Source: Candidatus Helarchaeota ASGARD archaeon Hel_GB_B (GTDB lineage Archaea; Asgardarchaeota; Lokiarchaeia; Helarchaeales; HEL-GB-B). Taken from it: a stretch of 16,017 nt of DNA. Position numbers and translations under genes: made by a program. The stretch covers positions 1 to 16,017 of the forward strand of contig SUPR01000080.1 of assembly GCA_005191425.1 (NCBI GenBank). Reading direction: 5' to 3'. Positions 1 through 8,251 of the stretch are shown here, one piece after another. Position 1 is the first letter of the stretch, and the number at the start of each line of letters is the position of its first letter. The notes beneath the pieces are model-generated. The model had not been told where the DNA came from and did no database searches. It saw nothing but the letters and a program-made list of their open reading frames with translations.

Positions 1-969
1 AAAAATATCCGAAGTTATGATGAGAATTCATTGGATATTATATTTTCTTGTTTGACTTGTAATTTATGTAATGAATATTGTTTACCCGAAGTAGGCGTTG
101 AAGAGTTAATAACTATTAGTAGAACGGATATCGTCCGATCAGGAATAGATGTCTCAAAATATTCCAGAATATCAGAAAATATTAAAAAATACCATAATCC
201 ATTAGGAGAAAATAATGAAAATAGATTTAATTCAATAAAAAATATAATACCAGACGAAAAAAACACGGACACTTTATTATTTTTAGGATGTATGTCCTCG
301 TTTAGAGAATTAGAAATAGCAAAGTCAACTATTGAAATCTTAAAAAAATTGAAAATAAAATTTATTTTGATGGACCAAGAACAATGTTGTGGCTCACCTG
401 CAATTAGAACCGGTTTTTTGGACACTGCAATTGAAAAAATGAAGCATAATGTTAATGAATGGAGAAAACTTGGAATTAAGAATATAATTACACCATGTAG
501 TGCATGTTATAGAACTATTTCAGAAGAATATCGAAAATATATTGAAGATTTTGATTTTAAGGTAAATCATATAGTGCAAATTATTAAAGATAACTTAGAC
601 AAACTTATGTTTAAACAATTAAAGGCTAAATTGACGTATCACGACCCATGTCATTTAGGTCGAGCGATGAAGGTCTATGACGAGCCCCGAGATATCATAA
701 AAAAGATTCCAGACATTTCCTTTATTGAATTTGATCAAAATCGAGAAAAAAGCTTTTGTTGTGGAGCAGGGGGTGGTGTTAGAGTGAATTTTCCGGATTT
801 GTCCAAAAAAATTGGAGTAATAAGAGTAAATAATGCCCATGAAATTGGCGCAGAGTATTTGATTTCAGCATGCCCTTTATGTAAATACCATTTTAAAAAT
901 TCAGAGAATATTGGAAAAATAAAAGTTTTGGACATCACCGAATTAATTAATAATTTAATAGAATATTAA
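1..969 (+). CDS. Fe-S oxidoreductase of the HdrD/GlpC type (4Fe-4S ferredoxin motif plus two CCG domains); 5'-truncated by the window
   Basis: The frame is open from base 1 (KNIRSYDENSLDIIFSCLTCNLCNEYCLP), so the TTG at 31 is probably not the true start. It has a CxxCxxCxxxC motif, then two cysteine-rich CCG domains: FLGCM / QCCGSP / TPCSAC and YHDPCHLGR / FCCGAGGG / SACPLC. Ends with TAA at 967-969. Confidence 0.9.
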   Translation, partial: KNIRSYDENSLDIIFSCLTCNLCNEYCLPEVGVEELITISRTDIVRSGIDVSKYSRISENIKKYHNPLGENNENRFNSIKNIIPDEKNTDTLLFLGCMSSFRELEIAKSTIEILKKLKIKFILMDQEQCCGSPAIRTGFLDTAIEKMKHNVNEWRKLGIKNIITPCSACYRTISEEYRKYIEDFDFKVNHIVQIIKDNLDKLMFKQLKAKLTYHDPCHLGRAMKVYDEPRDIIKKIPDISFIEFDQNREKSFCCGAGGGVRVNFPDLSKKIGVIRVNNAHEIGAEYLISACPLCKYHFKNSENIGKIKVLDITELINNLIEY

Positions 970-1075
970 TTTCTTTAAAAAGGTAATTAAAAGTCTAAGA
1001 CCATTTAGAAAAAGATTAAAAGGATATTTATTTTTTTAATTGTTTTTAGAATAAAATTCTAATGTTCTAAAAAAA

Positions 1076-1951
1076 TTAAATGTCAGGTTTTTTAATTATT
1101 TTTTGTTCTGAAAATGCTATCTCTGGACAATTATTATTGATAAATGACCTTTTTACTGTTTTGACATTTTTATTTAAATTTTGAAAAAGATGAATTTTAT
1201 TTTTTATACTATGGGGCTCAAATACAAAATGTGGCTTAATAGAAGATAAGAGATTTTTAAATTTATGAAAATAATTTATAATTCCAACATGTACTACATT
1301 AACTTTATCAATAAATTTTTGTAGCATTTTTCTTGCATAAGAATAACTTACAAATGATGCATGGTCAATATCAAATGTAAATTTTAAATCAGGTATTTCA
1401 GCAAAAAGTGATTCTAAATACTCGATTTTTGAAGATAAACGCCAACTGGAATAAATTAGATTCTCAATGGTTAAAATTATTCCATAATCATCGCAAATTT
1501 TTTTCAATTTTATTAAATTGTCAATATGAACAGATAAAGAGAAATGTAGGTTATTTTTACTAAACTGAGATGGCGCTCTAAAACTATTTTGACCGCCATG
1601 GACTAAAAAATACAATAACTGAGCAGAATCTAATTTAGAGAATAATTCAATAGCTCTAGTTAATTCCTTAAAAGAGATTTCCCTAATTCTAGGATTATAA
1701 CTGGAAATATTAATGTCTCGAGTTAATGAATGTATAGATATACTATTAAAATTGTATGAAGATATAGTTTCATTTATATAAGAAACAATATCATAAGAAG
1801 GAAATAACTTAAATAGATCAGGGTGCTCAAAATTAAGTTCTAAACCATCTGCATCTGGAATTTCATCGCTTACTCTTTTACAATATAAGGGAAATGCAAT
1901 ATTCCAGCTATCATGGTCCATACCAATTAGATACTTAGAATTTCCGTTCAA
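1076..1951 (-). CDS. Sugar phosphate isomerase/epimerase family protein (xylose isomerase-like / AP endonuclease 2 TIM barrel)
   Basis: Metal-ligand motifs appear in the expected order: SISIHS, LVHGG, LTIENL, FTFDIDHA, VVHVG, VFEPH. The start is uncertain (TTG 1951 or ATG 1921). Confidence 0.75.
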   Translation of the reverse strand: MNGNSKYLIGMDHDSWNIAFPLYCKRVSDEIPDADGLELNFEHPDLFKLFPSYDIVSYINETISSYNFNSISIHSLTRDINISSYNPRIREISFKELTRAIELFSKLDSAQLLYFLVHGGQNSFRAPSQFSKNNLHFSLSVHIDNLIKLKKICDDYGIILTIENLIYSSWRLSSKIEYLESLFAEIPDLKFTFDIDHASFVSYSYARKMLQKFIDKVNVVHVGIINYFHKFKNLLSSIKPHFVFEPHSIKNKIHLFQNLNKNVKTVKRSFINNNCPEIAFSEQKIIKKPDI

Positions 1952-2069
1952 ATTAGATACCTTAATTCATTAATAATTTTTATTTTATTTTGAATTTATT
2001 ATGTGTTCGTTCTCAAATAATCTTTTTGTTTTAATTAAACTTTTTTTTATTTAATTGTTTGTGTAATAT

Positions 2070-2873
2070 TTAAAGAATTTTTGGATATTTTCTTAATTTT
2101 AGGGCTCTTCTAACGACCATATCCATTTTATCTCGCAATCCACTATCAAATTTATAATGATAAAATCGATAATCAACAGTTATTTTGTCAAATTCAATAT
2201 CTTTTCGATTACCTAATGGGTCATTTATGGCTAATATAAATTTGTTTTGCTCATTCTGATATATATTTTTAACAGCCATCCAATGATTAAACAAGCCTAA
2301 CATTAGACCATCGTTCACCATTTCATCTATTTTTTTAACGCTTTTTTTGTTCTTTTTTTTGATAATATAGCAACCAGTTCCATCGTTTGAATCTTCATTT
2401 GGAATAAACCTACCACCAAAGAAATATGCTAATAATTTTAACTCTAAATTTGTTTTCATGTCGTCCATATATATTCTTAAAAGCTTTTTCCTGATTATTT
2501 TTCTTTTAAAAAAGGTGTTGATAATAGAAACCATCTTTAAATCTTGTTTATTTTCATAATTTAATAACTTTTGATAGAGCTGATTTGCTAATAAAAGTTT
2601 AAAATTACTGAAATCATCACCAAACTCTTTCTTTAAATGCCAGCCTAATACCCGATTGAAACTCATTTTCAATAATAAATACCCGCAACCCAATTGCCAA
2701 TTTAATGGACGATTAAACTCAGGATTTATACCTATTAACTTACAAATATCGTTCAATAAATATTGTAAATTTCCATTTTTCTCTGGATTTGCCAACATTA
2801 ATAGACTACTCAGACCACATGTATTATATAACTGACGGTAATGTGGTATATCTCTCATTTGAATTAACACCAT
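2070..2873 (-). CDS. Putative C39-like (papain-fold) cysteine peptidase with a large insertion
   Basis: N-terminal PHYRQLYNTCGLSSLLM (oxyanion Gln plus catalytic Cys), later NHWMAV (His) and INDPLG (Asp), the Q-C-H-D order of C39-like peptidases. No signal peptide is evident. Confidence 0.6.
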   Translation of the reverse strand: MVLIQMRDIPHYRQLYNTCGLSSLLMLANPEKNGNLQYLLNDICKLIGINPEFNRPLNWQLGCGYLLLKMSFNRVLGWHLKKEFGDDFSNFKLLLANQLYQKLLNYENKQDLKMVSIINTFFKRKIIRKKLLRIYMDDMKTNLELKLLAYFFGGRFIPNEDSNDGTGCYIIKKKNKKSVKKIDEMVNDGLMLGLFNHWMAVKNIYQNEQNKFILAINDPLGNRKDIEFDKITVDYRFYHYKFDSGLRDKMDMVVRRALKLRKYPKIL

Positions 2874-3148
2874 TTATAAATAAATTACTTAGAAAATTAA
2901 ATTATTATCAAATTTCTTAAAAAATTTATTTCATATATCATTGATTTTTATGATTCCCTTTTACAATTTACGAATAGATTTTTTAAGTAAAATTCATAAT
3001 TTATTTAGAATTTTTGAAAGTGTTATATAATTTATGTATAATAAATAAATTACGAAAATTTTAATAGTATTATCAATAAATATTTGATGTGATTTAATCG
3101 ATAATTTTTTTAATTGATTTAATAGTTCTCTCTTTATCAGATAAAATT

Positions 3149-3154
3149 AGGTGA
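3149..3154 (+). promoter_or_regulatory. Shine-Dalgarno AGGTGA in front of the proposed ATA start of the roadblock gene
   Basis: AGGTGA-ttct-ATA(3159). The 4-nt spacing matches AGGTAA-taaa-ATG(7090) of ftr. Confidence 0.6.
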
Positions 3155-3158
3155 TTCT

Positions 3159-4160
3159 ATAGAAGACAAAATAATAAAATCAAAATCATCAGAGTTAAAC
3201 CGTATTCTAGAGGATTTACTATCTTCTGTAGAGATACAAGCCGTAATTATTGCTGATTGGCAAGGGTTAGCTATGGCATCAAAATTGCCGCAGCAAAATT
3301 TTGATAAAGAGGAATTAATTGCTGCAACTACTTTATTCTCATTGACTGGGGCTGAAGATACAAGAAGAGAACTTCAAAATACACTTTTAGGTAATAAAAT
3401 AAGTTATTTATTAATAATGACTGAGGGAGAAAGCCACGGAATAACTCCATACATGGTAGTCTGCCCAATTGAAAATCTTGGTTATATCGCTTGCATTTCA
3501 AATAAAAGAGAAGACATGGCTATAATGATTATGAATATGAAAAAGGCAGCAAAGGAAGTTATAGACATTTTAACTCCCCGAAAAGAAATGCATGAGATCG
3601 AAAAAGTTAGACCAGTTATTAATAAAATACAATCAATTCAAGAAAATCCTTTGAGAGATACACAATATAATAAAATTTTAAATAAAATTAGAGATTTAAA
3701 AAATATAAAAGTATCTAGTTTTATCCCACCAAGTGGATTAAAGAAAGAAGTTCCAGTACCAAAAGGGAGTCCAGCAATTCCTGCTCCACCATCATCAGAA
3801 CCTAAACCCATTTCAACTCAAACTAAATTTAAATCAATCCCATTACCACCCAAATCTACTGCGTATCCACAAAATATTCAAGATAATACAGTAGCGCCCC
3901 AACAAGTTTCCAAGTTAAAAAATATTCAAGATTTTAATTCTTATGGACATAGTTATAATCATAGGGAATCATTCACCGAGCCAACGCCGCATTTACCAGG
4001 TATTTATAAAAAATTTAGAATTAAATTTCAAAATGAAAAACAAATTACATTTACTATGATCATATCTGCAATCTCAGTAGAAGATGCAATCCGTATATGC
4101 CAAGAAAAGAATCCACAATTTAAAATTGTTAAAATATTGGAAGCAAATGAAATAAGTTAA
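3159..4160 (+). CDS. Roadblock/LC7-domain protein with a Pro-rich linker and a small C-terminal domain (about 333 aa; track start at 3273 cuts the roadblock domain)
   Basis: The frame is open back to TAG 3123-3125. The upstream in-frame peptide SELNRILEDLLSSVEIQAVIIADWQGLAMASKLP is the classic first helix and beta-strands of roadblock/LC7. There is no in-frame ATG/GTG/TTG upstream of 3273, so the start is placed at ATA 3159 behind an SD. Confidence 0.8.
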   Translation: MEDKIIKSKSSELNRILEDLLSSVEIQAVIIADWQGLAMASKLPQQNFDKEELIAATTLFSLTGAEDTRRELQNTLLGNKISYLLIMTEGESHGITPYMVVCPIENLGYIACISNKREDMAIMIMNMKKAAKEVIDILTPRKEMHEIEKVRPVINKIQSIQENPLRDTQYNKILNKIRDLKNIKVSSFIPPSGLKKEVPVPKGSPAIPAPPSSEPKPISTQTKFKSIPLPPKSTAYPQNIQDNTVAPQQVSKLKNIQDFNSYGHSYNHRESFTEPTPHLPGIYKKFRIKFQNEKQITFTMIISAISVEDAIRICQEKNPQFKIVKILEANEIS

Positions 4161-4456
4161 TTTATTTTAATTTATACTATTATTTTGTTTTTTATTAATT
4201 CCTTTATTCTATTTTTAAAATTGTTAACCTGAATTTCAGACTATTTAAACTCCTATTCTTTTCCCATATAATATAATACCTTTATTTATCACTCCCATTA
4301 AAAACCTAATTGCCTAATATAAATTTTTTATTTTTGTATATATTCGTAATATTTTTAATCTCTAAAGAAATTAAACAATTCCAAAAAAAATATTTTTTAA
4401 AATCTACAATTTTAATAATTATCATAGAAAAATAGCAATTAATGAGATGAATTGTT

Positions 4457-4756
4457 ATGGCAAAATTCACTGAGGATGATGCACTCGAAGCTATTGAAGG
4501 TAATAAAGAAGCAGACGAATTTGAAAGTAAATATCCAAATTGTGTAATAAATGTCGGAAAATTAAGTCCTAAAAAATCTGAAGATTGGATTAAAAAGAAT
4601 AAGGGCGCAATTAAAGGAGAACCACCAAAAAATATTTGGTATGTTGAATACGAGGAATTAGACGTTGAAAAATTAATATTATACATTAATCCAAACGATA
4701 AAAAAGTAGTTGGGACTAAAGTAGAAAAATTAAAAGCCCCACCGGAAGAAGAATAA
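4457..4756 (+). CDS. Small hypothetical protein (99 aa, charged)
   Basis: ATG start after a purine-rich GAGATGA, codon usage like its neighbours, fills the gap between two genes, followed by T-rich sequence. No family recognised. Confidence 0.75.
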   Translation: MAKFTEDDALEAIEGNKEADEFESKYPNCVINVGKLSPKKSEDWIKKNKGAIKGEPPKNIWYVEYEELDVEKLILYINPNDKKVVGTKVEKLKAPPEEE

Positions 4757-4815
4757 ATTTAAATTATTTCTAATTATCTTAATTTTTTTTGTTTTCTATT
4801 TTTTATTATCTGAAA

Positions 4816-5805
4816 TTATTCGTTGGGATGGACGATTATTTTTATATTTTCGCGTTTTAAAGCTTCATTAATAGCTAATTTGATGGTATCTAAAGGATAA
4901 ATGCCAGATATTAATGGTTTTAATTTTATTTTGTCAATGATTTTTAGAGCCTCTTGAAAATTACCACACCTAGAACCCTGAAAATGCAACTCTTTTACAA
5001 CTAATGCAGTAATATCTATTGGGACCATTAAGCCATGAGTACTTTTTAGACAAAATAAACCCCTATTCCTAATTATTTTCATCCCCATTTCAATTCCACC
5101 CGAGTTTCCAGTTGTTTCAATGACTACATCCGCACCAATATTATCTGTTAACTCCATAACTCGTTCAATATAATTTTCTTTTGTTATATCAATTATATAA
5201 TCTGCACCAAGCTTTTTAGCTATGTCCAAATGTGAACGCCCAATTACGATTACATTCCTTTTTAATAATTTAGTAACTTGAAGAACCAATAGCCCAAGTT
5301 TACCAGGTCCAATTATTACTACATTTTTATGGTCTTTTTGAAGAGGCGACATTTTATATGTATTAATCGCTGCAGCTAATGGCTCAATAAAAGTGGCTTC
5401 ATCAAAACTTAAGTGCCCAATTTTGTAGACATTAATATCAGGAGTAACTGTATATTCTGAGAAAGCTCCGTCTAAAAAAATCCCAAGCGCCTTTACACTC
5501 AAGCATTGCGTCCTCTGCCCTGATTTACAAAAATAACATTCTCCACAAGAAACATTTATTTCACTTGTAACTCTATCCCCAATTTTGAAATTTTTTACTT
5601 TAGCCCCTTTTTCTTCAATATATCCAGCAAATTCATGGCCCAATATTCTTGGAAGCGGTATTTTATAATCTCCTCTTATAATGCTTAAATCCGTTCCACA
5701 AATTCCTACGGCTTCATTTTTTATTAAAATATCATGTTCTCCGATATTAGGCTTGGGTATATTTTTTATTTCGATCCCTTTCTCCGTTAAAACAGCTGCC
5801 TTCAT
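4816..5805 (-). CDS. Zn-dependent alcohol/sugar dehydrogenase (MDR superfamily), 329 aa
   Basis: MKAAVL start, catalytic Zn motifs GICGTD and GHE, structural Zn CGECYFC-x7-C, NAD(P) loop GPGKLG. The start is reassigned to ATG 5805 because the track extension to 6009 is non-MDR sequence and overlaps the divergent gene. Confidence 0.92.
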   Translation of the reverse strand: MKAAVLTEKGIEIKNIPKPNIGEHDILIKNEAVGICGTDLSIIRGDYKIPLPRILGHEFAGYIEEKGAKVKNFKIGDRVTSEINVSCGECYFCKSGQRTQCLSVKALGIFLDGAFSEYTVTPDINVYKIGHLSFDEATFIEPLAAAINTYKMSPLQKDHKNVVIIGPGKLGLLVLQVTKLLKRNVIVIGRSHLDIAKKLGADYIIDITKENYIERVMELTDNIGADVVIETTGNSGGIEMGMKIIRNRGLFCLKSTHGLMVPIDITALVVKELHFQGSRCGNFQEALKIIDKIKLKPLISGIYPLDTIKLAINEALKRENIKIIVHPNE

Positions 5806-5827
5806 AATTAGAATATTAAATAAAAAA

Positions 5828-5848
5828 TTAAATATATCTTTTTTTTTT
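5828..5848 (-). promoter_or_regulatory. Probable BRE/TATA promoter of the MDR gene (leaderless or very short leader)
   Basis: The minus strand reads AAAAAAAAAAG-ATATATTTAA, with the TATA element about 24-32 nt upstream of ATG 5805. No SD is visible. Weak evidence in such AT-rich DNA. Confidence 0.4.
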
Positions 5849-5978
5849 TCCATTTTAAGATCATTAGTAAAAAGTTTTATTCCCATATTAAGTGAGAGAT
5901 TAGTAAAAAATCTTTTAATATAAGATGAGAAATCAATTTCAAATTGGTTGCAATAGTGAAATAAATAGGTGAATATAA

Positions 5979-6710
5979 TTGAATACTGAAACAAAAATCT
6001 CATTTTCACATAAAATTTATTCGATTATAGTAAATCCTAAACTTATTAAAATCATTGGATATTGCTTGATTGTATTATACTTTGGATTTTTAATTATTGG
6101 GGCTATAATTGCAGAATTTTTTGGTCCTGAAGGTTATTCAATAATGACACATTATATTAGTGATTTAGGTTCATGGAATTATACACCTGCCCCTTATCTT
6201 TATGATATAGCCTGTATATGTGCCGGTATTTTAACTATTCCCTTTACCTTTTATTTAGAAAAGTTTATTGCGCCTTTACCTAATACCCAAGAAGATGTAA
6301 ATCTACAACACCGGTGGATATACAGATTTATGGGCGCAAACTTCTTTTTAAGTATGTTTGGGAGTTTCTTTTATATAGGTGTAGGAATTTTTAGTGAAGA
6401 TCGAGATCTCATGGGAATGCATGGAATTTGTTCATATGGCGCATTTGGAGGATTTTCACTGTCGGCAATTTTTTTGGGGTTTGCAATCATTTTTGCAAAA
6501 CAGGAAATTGTCCCTAAACCATTTAATTTTATTTTAGGTCTAATTGGAATATTCTTACCCTTCACTGTAGCAATATATAATATTTTATACGGTGGTCCTT
6601 TCCTTGAATGGCTACTATTAATTTCAATTCTAATTTGGTTAGTCCCCATTTTATTATTTGCAATAATACATGCCAATAAACAAATTAAAAAAAATATTCA
6701 AAAGGATTAG
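5979..6710 (+). CDS. DUF998-like multi-pass membrane protein
   Basis: TTG start after AGGTGA (5967-5972). About 6 hydrophobic segments, the YISDLGS motif after the first TM helix, and GxGIF / HGI motifs typical of DUF998. Confidence 0.75.
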   Translation: MNTETKISFSHKIYSIIVNPKLIKIIGYCLIVLYFGFLIIGAIIAEFFGPEGYSIMTHYISDLGSWNYTPAPYLYDIACICAGILTIPFTFYLEKFIAPLPNTQEDVNLQHRWIYRFMGANFFLSMFGSFFYIGVGIFSEDRDLMGMHGICSYGAFGGFSLSAIFLGFAIIFAKQEIVPKPFNFILGLIGIFLPFTVAIYNILYGGPFLEWLLLISILIWLVPILLFAIIHANKQIKKNIQKD

Positions 6711-7089
6711 ATTTAAACATGAAATATATTCTTGCTTTACACTTTAATTTTATCTAAAAACAATACAAAGACAATTTAATCAGAAAATTTAAACCATAAA
6801 TAATTCAATTTTTTCTAATATACTTTTTAAAAATTTTATTTAATCAATTTAAAACTGGTCATCTTAATTTTAAATGAAACAATTTACCATATTTGTTTTG
6901 AATTGAAATAATTTTATTAAAAAATAAGTAAAAAAGAAAAGTTTTAAGAAAAAATTTAGTATTAAAAACATTAAACCAAGATTAGAATTAAATTTGAAAA
7001 CGAAAAGAATTAAAAATACAAAGTTAAAATATTAAACAAAGAAAAACCAATAATTAAAATTAGAGTTTAAATAACAATGAGGTAATAAA

Positions 7090-8016
7090 ATGGATATAAA
7101 CGGGGTATTTGTAGAAGATACATATGCTGAAGCATTTTCAATGTGGTATGTTAGGTTAATAGTAACTGGTATAGATGAATACTGGGCAAAAACTGCTGCT
7201 ACAACCTTTACTGGATATGCAGTTTCTACTATTGCATGCGATTGTGAAGCTGCCATAGAAAAAATACTAAGTCCAAATGAAACGCCAGATGGGCGTCCGG
7301 GAGTTTCGATTTTAGTGTTCGCTTCCAAAAAGGGTTTAAAAAATGCATTAATGAACAGGGTTGGTCAATGCTTTTTAACATGTCCAACCACTGCTGTGTT
7401 TGATAATTTACAAGATGAACCAGATATCGATAAAAAAACGGAAAAACCAATGATTTTATCAATAGGAAAAATGATGAAATATTTTGGCGATGGGTGGGAA
7501 AAAAGTAGAGATTTTAATGGTAGAACTATGTGGGATATACCAGTAATGGAAGGTATATTTTCGATAGAAGAATCTTTTGGAGCTAAAAAAGGAATAGCTG
7601 GTGGAAACCTCTTTATTATGGGTGATACTCAAGAAAATACATTAAAAGCAGCAATGGCTGCTGTTAAAGCTATTAATGAATTTGACGGAGTAATTACAAG
7701 TTTTCCAGGTGGAGTTTGTCGGAGTGGCTCAAAAACTGGTTCTATAAAGTATTCAAAATTCTTGCACGCTAGTACAAACCATCAATATTGTCCGACTTTA
7801 AAAAATGAAATAGAAGATTCACTTGTACCAGATGGAGTTAATTCCATTTTAGAAATAGTAATTAATGGTATAAATTTGGATATCTTGACAAAAGCAACAG
7901 GAGCAGGAGTTAAAGCTGCAGTTAAAGTTCCAGGAATAAAAAAGATAACCTCAGGTAATTATGGCGGGACACTCGGAAAATTTAAAATATATTTAAAAGA
8001 AGCATTAGAATCCTAA
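7090..8016 (+). CDS. ftr: Formylmethanofuran--tetrahydromethanopterin N-formyltransferase
   Basis: Signature sequences EDTYAEAF, IACDCEA, ETPDGRPG, RVGQCFLTCPTTAVF, GIAGGN, FPGGVCRSGSK, ASTNHQYCPTL, EIVING, ITSGNYGGTLG. SD GAGGTA at 7079-7084. Confidence 0.97.
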   Translation: MDINGVFVEDTYAEAFSMWYVRLIVTGIDEYWAKTAATTFTGYAVSTIACDCEAAIEKILSPNETPDGRPGVSILVFASKKGLKNALMNRVGQCFLTCPTTAVFDNLQDEPDIDKKTEKPMILSIGKMMKYFGDGWEKSRDFNGRTMWDIPVMEGIFSIEESFGAKKGIAGGNLFIMGDTQENTLKAAMAAVKAINEFDGVITSFPGGVCRSGSKTGSIKYSKFLHASTNHQYCPTLKNEIEDSLVPDGVNSILEIVINGINLDILTKATGAGVKAAVKVPGIKKITSGNYGGTLGKFKIYLKEALES

Positions 8017-8133
8017 TAAATTTCTATTTTTTTTATTTTATATTGAAAAAAAGTTTTTAAATATGAAGTACATAAAATTTAAAAACAATTATATAGATGA
8101 TTAAATTCACTAAAGATTTACCAAATAAAAAAA

Positions 8134-8234
8134 GGGCCATTGGCTTAGCTTGGTTAAAAAGATATAAAAAATATCTTAACTACAGCGCTCGGCTGATAAC
8201 CGAGAGATCCAGGGATCGAAGCCCTGATGGCCCA
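8134..8234 (+). tRNA. tRNA-Ile(GAT) containing a 26-nt intron at position 22/23
   Basis: Spliced cloverleaf, fully paired: acceptor GGGCCAT/ATGGCCC, D stem GCTT/AAGC, anticodon stem CTCGG/CCGAG with loop CTGATAA (GAT at 8195-8197), T stem CAGGG/CCCTG, discriminator A73 (8234). CCA is not encoded. Known Ile identity elements C4-G69, U12-A23, C29-G41, A37, A38 and A73 are present. Confidence 0.95.
8158..8183 (+). other. tRNA intron in a bulge-helix-bulge motif
   Basis: Central helix GGTT(8152-8155)/AACT(8178-8181). 3-nt bulges AA|A (8156-8158) and AC|A (8182-8184). Intron hairpin AAGATAT-aaaaa-ATATCTT (8159-8177). Removing 8158-8183 restores the D stem exactly. Confidence 0.9.
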
Positions 8235-8239
8235 TCACC

Positions 8240-8251
8240 TTTTTATTTATT
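8240..8251 (+). terminator. Oligo-T terminator-like tract after the tRNA
   Basis: TTTTTATTTATT begins 6 nt after the discriminator base. Archaeal intrinsic termination uses U-tracts. Confidence 0.45.

Noticed and set aside
15-938. Track ORFs 15-425(-), 655-840(+) and 735-938(-)
   Set aside because: All are nested in the well-supported Fe-S oxidoreductase and have no motifs; they are shadow frames.
5806-6009. 68-aa N-terminal extension of the MDR dehydrogenase
   Set aside because: It is AT-rich intergenic-type sequence that overlaps the divergent gene. MKAAVL is the typical MDR start and has a TATA-like element upstream.
6711-7089. Long AT-rich intergenic region as a possible ncRNA, CRISPR array or origin
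   Set aside because: No regularly spaced repeats, GC-rich stems or recognisable ORB-like motif were seen, only A/T tracts compatible with a terminator and promoter.
4306-7462. Track ORFs 4306-4686(-), 5681-5923(+), 6371-6676(-), 7032-7328(-) and 7229-7462(-)
   Set aside because: Each overlaps a better-supported gene on the opposite strand and has no recognisable features.
8134-8234. Idea that the A54 tRNA-Ile acts as an initiator for the ATA start at 3159
   Set aside because: A GAU anticodon does not read AUA. The tRNA has G1-C72 and only two of the three anticodon-stem G-C pairs of initiators.
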